This document shows, piece by piece, positions 61,570 through 64,000 of a DNA stretch of 64,000 bases. The DNA is from Psammoneis japonica (lineage: Eukaryota): positions 652,404-716,403 of the forward strand of contig QPGO01000001.1 in the NCBI GenBank assembly GCA_008632985.1. Reading direction: 5' to 3'. The notes under the pieces are model-generated. The model made no database searches and was not told the origin of the DNA. It saw nothing but the letters and a program-made list of their open reading frames with translations. Numbering within the stretch: position 1 is the stretch's first letter; each line of letters begins with the position of its first letter. Position numbers and translations under genes: made by a program.

Positions 61570-63900
61570 ATGCCGTTTCTTGAGTGCCCCCCCCCCCTGC
61601 TCAAGGCACAAATGATGGTGCAGCCAGCGCTGCTGGTGGGACAAACACCAGCAACAATGAGGCCATTGGGGCCACTGCAGAGACCTTTGCTGCGGATGAG
61701 ATGCCAAACACAACACCTGCAGCCCCGTTTGTTGAGAATCCTCACTGCAAGGAGAAGGAGCTCAGAGAGGCTGCCAAGCTGAAAGAAAGCATTGAGGCAG
61801 AGCTGCTGCGGGAAGATGACATCAGTGAGGAGGATCTGATGGAGGAGCAGGAAGATGAAGCCATCATGCGGGAAGTGTGCAGCGAGATGAAGCTGAAGGC
61901 TGATCACACTGAAGATGGCCGCAAGACTGCCGTTGCGGCTTTCAACGTGTTTGCAAGAAAGTCAGGCCACCCGCTCCTCCTTGAGTTGCAGCAAAAGCAC
62001 TTGCAAGGAGCTGTGACAACGGTGCCAAGCTGTGGAAAAATGATGTGGGGCAATTTTGTGCTTTTCTCATGGAGTGCAAAATGGAAAAGGATGGCAAGCA
62101 GAAAGGCACCCACTGGAAGCCCAGATTGCAGGCTCAGTGCCACTCTGGTGTTTGCACGGTTCTCAAACAACGCAAGTTTCCAGCAGGAGTGCTGTGCAAG
62201 AAAAGCAAGCATGACGAGCTCAACAAATCATTGAAAATGTGGGCCAGAATGGCTGCAATTGAGCATGGGGACTCTCCAGAGGATTCTACCGTGGGCCTGC
62301 ATTGAGACCTTTTGGAAGCTGTCAATCACATCCTCATGAAGGAGGGTCGCTGCTGTGACCGTGCCATCACCACCACGGTTTGTCATGCCGTTGGACAAAC
62401 AGCTGAAGCAGGCACGTGGGTGTGGGAGGTGACAAAATGGAACCCACAGCAAGAGCAACTGGAAAGCAACTGGCGAGAAACAAAGACATCAAAGAATGCA
62501 TTCATGACTTGGCACATCGATGCAAACAATTTCTTGGTTTGCCTGTGCCACGCTCTTGCAGCATGCATTGTCACAGTCAGTGGGAAGCTAGAAACGACCC
62601 CAGCAGATGATGACAGCACGGCAAACTTTGTGTTTCCCGAAATCAAAGACTTGGCCAGTGGTGGCACCGCTGCAAAGGTTTCACGCATCCTTGAAAGTGC
62701 ACAGGACAAGGTCAGTGGATTGATGAAGGAGCACACGAGCCACAGCTTTTGGGTGGGCTCTGCGGACGACATGGTTTTCCATGGTTTTTTAAATGCAGTG
62801 GCCTCTGTTGCTGGAGGCAACTGGGATTTCAAGGGGGACTCAGCTGTCTTTGGCTGCTGCACAATGAAACTTGTTGCAGCAATGGCGGGAAAAAGTTTGA
62901 GCCAATGGGCTGACCCAGGACAAGACGTCTACGTTCCCAAGCCAAACGCCATTCTCACTCCCAAGAACTCTGATCTGACAAACAATTGGATGTTCTCCCT
63001 GTTCTCAACTGTTGGGATTCGTGCCCTTTCACCAAGTGGTCACTTGAATGACTTTCGTCCAGCGATGCTTGCGATGTTGCTCATGCACCACGAGGAAGTT
63101 GCAGAGACATGTGGATGCCAGGACCAGCTTGTTCCTCAACTGATGGACTCTGCAAAGGTGCTGCACGTCGACAGCAACAAGCTTGTAGAGTGGGGAAAGA
63201 AGATCAAGGAGGATTTTGTTGCAAACAATGCTGGCAACTTCTGAAAGAGCACGTGCACCTCTGTGGAAGAGAGACAACAAATCCAGATTGACACATGGAC
63301 CAAGGGACTCAGGGACGTCAAGGAGATGCAGAGGAACACACTCAGCAAGGTGAAGAGTCTTAAAACCACCATCAGACATCTCACAGACTACATCATGTCT
63401 CTCAACCTTGCTCAATTGTTGTCACCATCGTCGCCCAAGAAGAGACAGCGAATGAATTCAGATGACTCTGCAGATGACAGTGAAATGCAGGCTGAGGTTC
63501 AAGCAGCCACCGTGAGTGCAAATGAGTTGTTGATGCACACTCAGAGGACTCAACCAGTGCAGGCATTCTCAAGCAACAAGCATCTTTGAGAAACATCCCT
63601 GCACATTTTGCTGAAGACAACAGTTGAGTGCAGGACTGCATGGCAATTGACGTCTGTGCACAACCCATTTGGTGCTGCCATTGAGATTGCCAGCTCAAAG
63701 GGAATGTCGTGAAGGTGCTGGACGACATCCAATCAAGAAGAGCGTGCATGTCTGGATGGAACTGACTGCCCCAATGACAAGAGTGGCAAAAATTACACCG
63801 CATGGCCAGGATGCGCATGTGATGTTTTGAAGTCTGTGGTGCTCAAGTGCATTTTCCATTTGGTGGAAGAGTGCAATGAGATGGTGCCACAGTGCAACAA
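61570..63900 (+). pseudogene. Crypton-like tyrosine recombinase relic; ends approximate
   Basis: DRAITTTVCHAVGQTAE, FVFPEI, HTSHSFWVGSADDM (decayed HxxR), GNWDF...VFGC (catalytic Tyr probably TAC->TGC), AGKSLSQW; frameshifted. Confidence 0.7.
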
Positions 63901-64000
63901 ACTTGTCAAGCCAAAGAAACAAAATGCTGCTTGAAGCTTTGCAGGTGGTGCAAAAGACAATCAATGGGTGATCCAAGGAAAGTCAAAGGCAGACAACAGA

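Noticed and set aside
1..64000. Hundreds of 60-300-aa Cys/His-rich ORFs on all six frames
   Set aside because: Artefact of TAA/TAG loss in TpA-depleted repeats; they overlap each other, lack Tyr and show no domain motifs.
1..64000. Classical fungal RIP or CpG decay alone
   Set aside because: RIP raises TpA, and CpG deamination cannot convert TAC to TGC or CAC.

Overview
Eukaryotic, most likely pennate-diatom, repeat-dense genomic DNA (inferred from CoDi-type Ty1/copia elements and diatom-type non-LTR, DIRS and Crypton relics). About 80% is nested, decayed transposons: three related copia elements (1-4006, 17893-24950, 28328-30554), a MITE family with GAC...GTC termini and 4-bp TSDs (at least 8 copies of different ages), a P-element-like transposase, Crypton and DIRS recombinase relics, LINE fragments, a MULE-like element and a ~51-bp minisatellite. 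Four short gene islands (~14.2-16.3, 34.9-37.7, 52.1-55.1, 57.6-59.1 kb) hold six intact-looking genes: two HNH-type nucleases, a small ART-like protein, an acidic protein, a fucosyltransferase-like protein and an SDR. The strongest signal is mutational. The repeat compartment has lost almost all TpA dinucleotides through TA->TG and TA->CA changes on both strands, in addition to CG->TG/CA, while the gene islands and the youngest MITEs keep normal TpA. Copy-versus-copy and LTR-versus-LTR comparisons show the change happens in chromosomal DNA after insertion. It turns Tyr into Cys/His, removes TAA/TAG stops (so most of the ORF track is artefact) and spares TTA/TAA contexts. This looks like a RIP-like, repeat-targeted hypermutation of opposite polarity to fungal RIP. 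All counts are by eye and all family assignments come from motif recognition; no database search was run.
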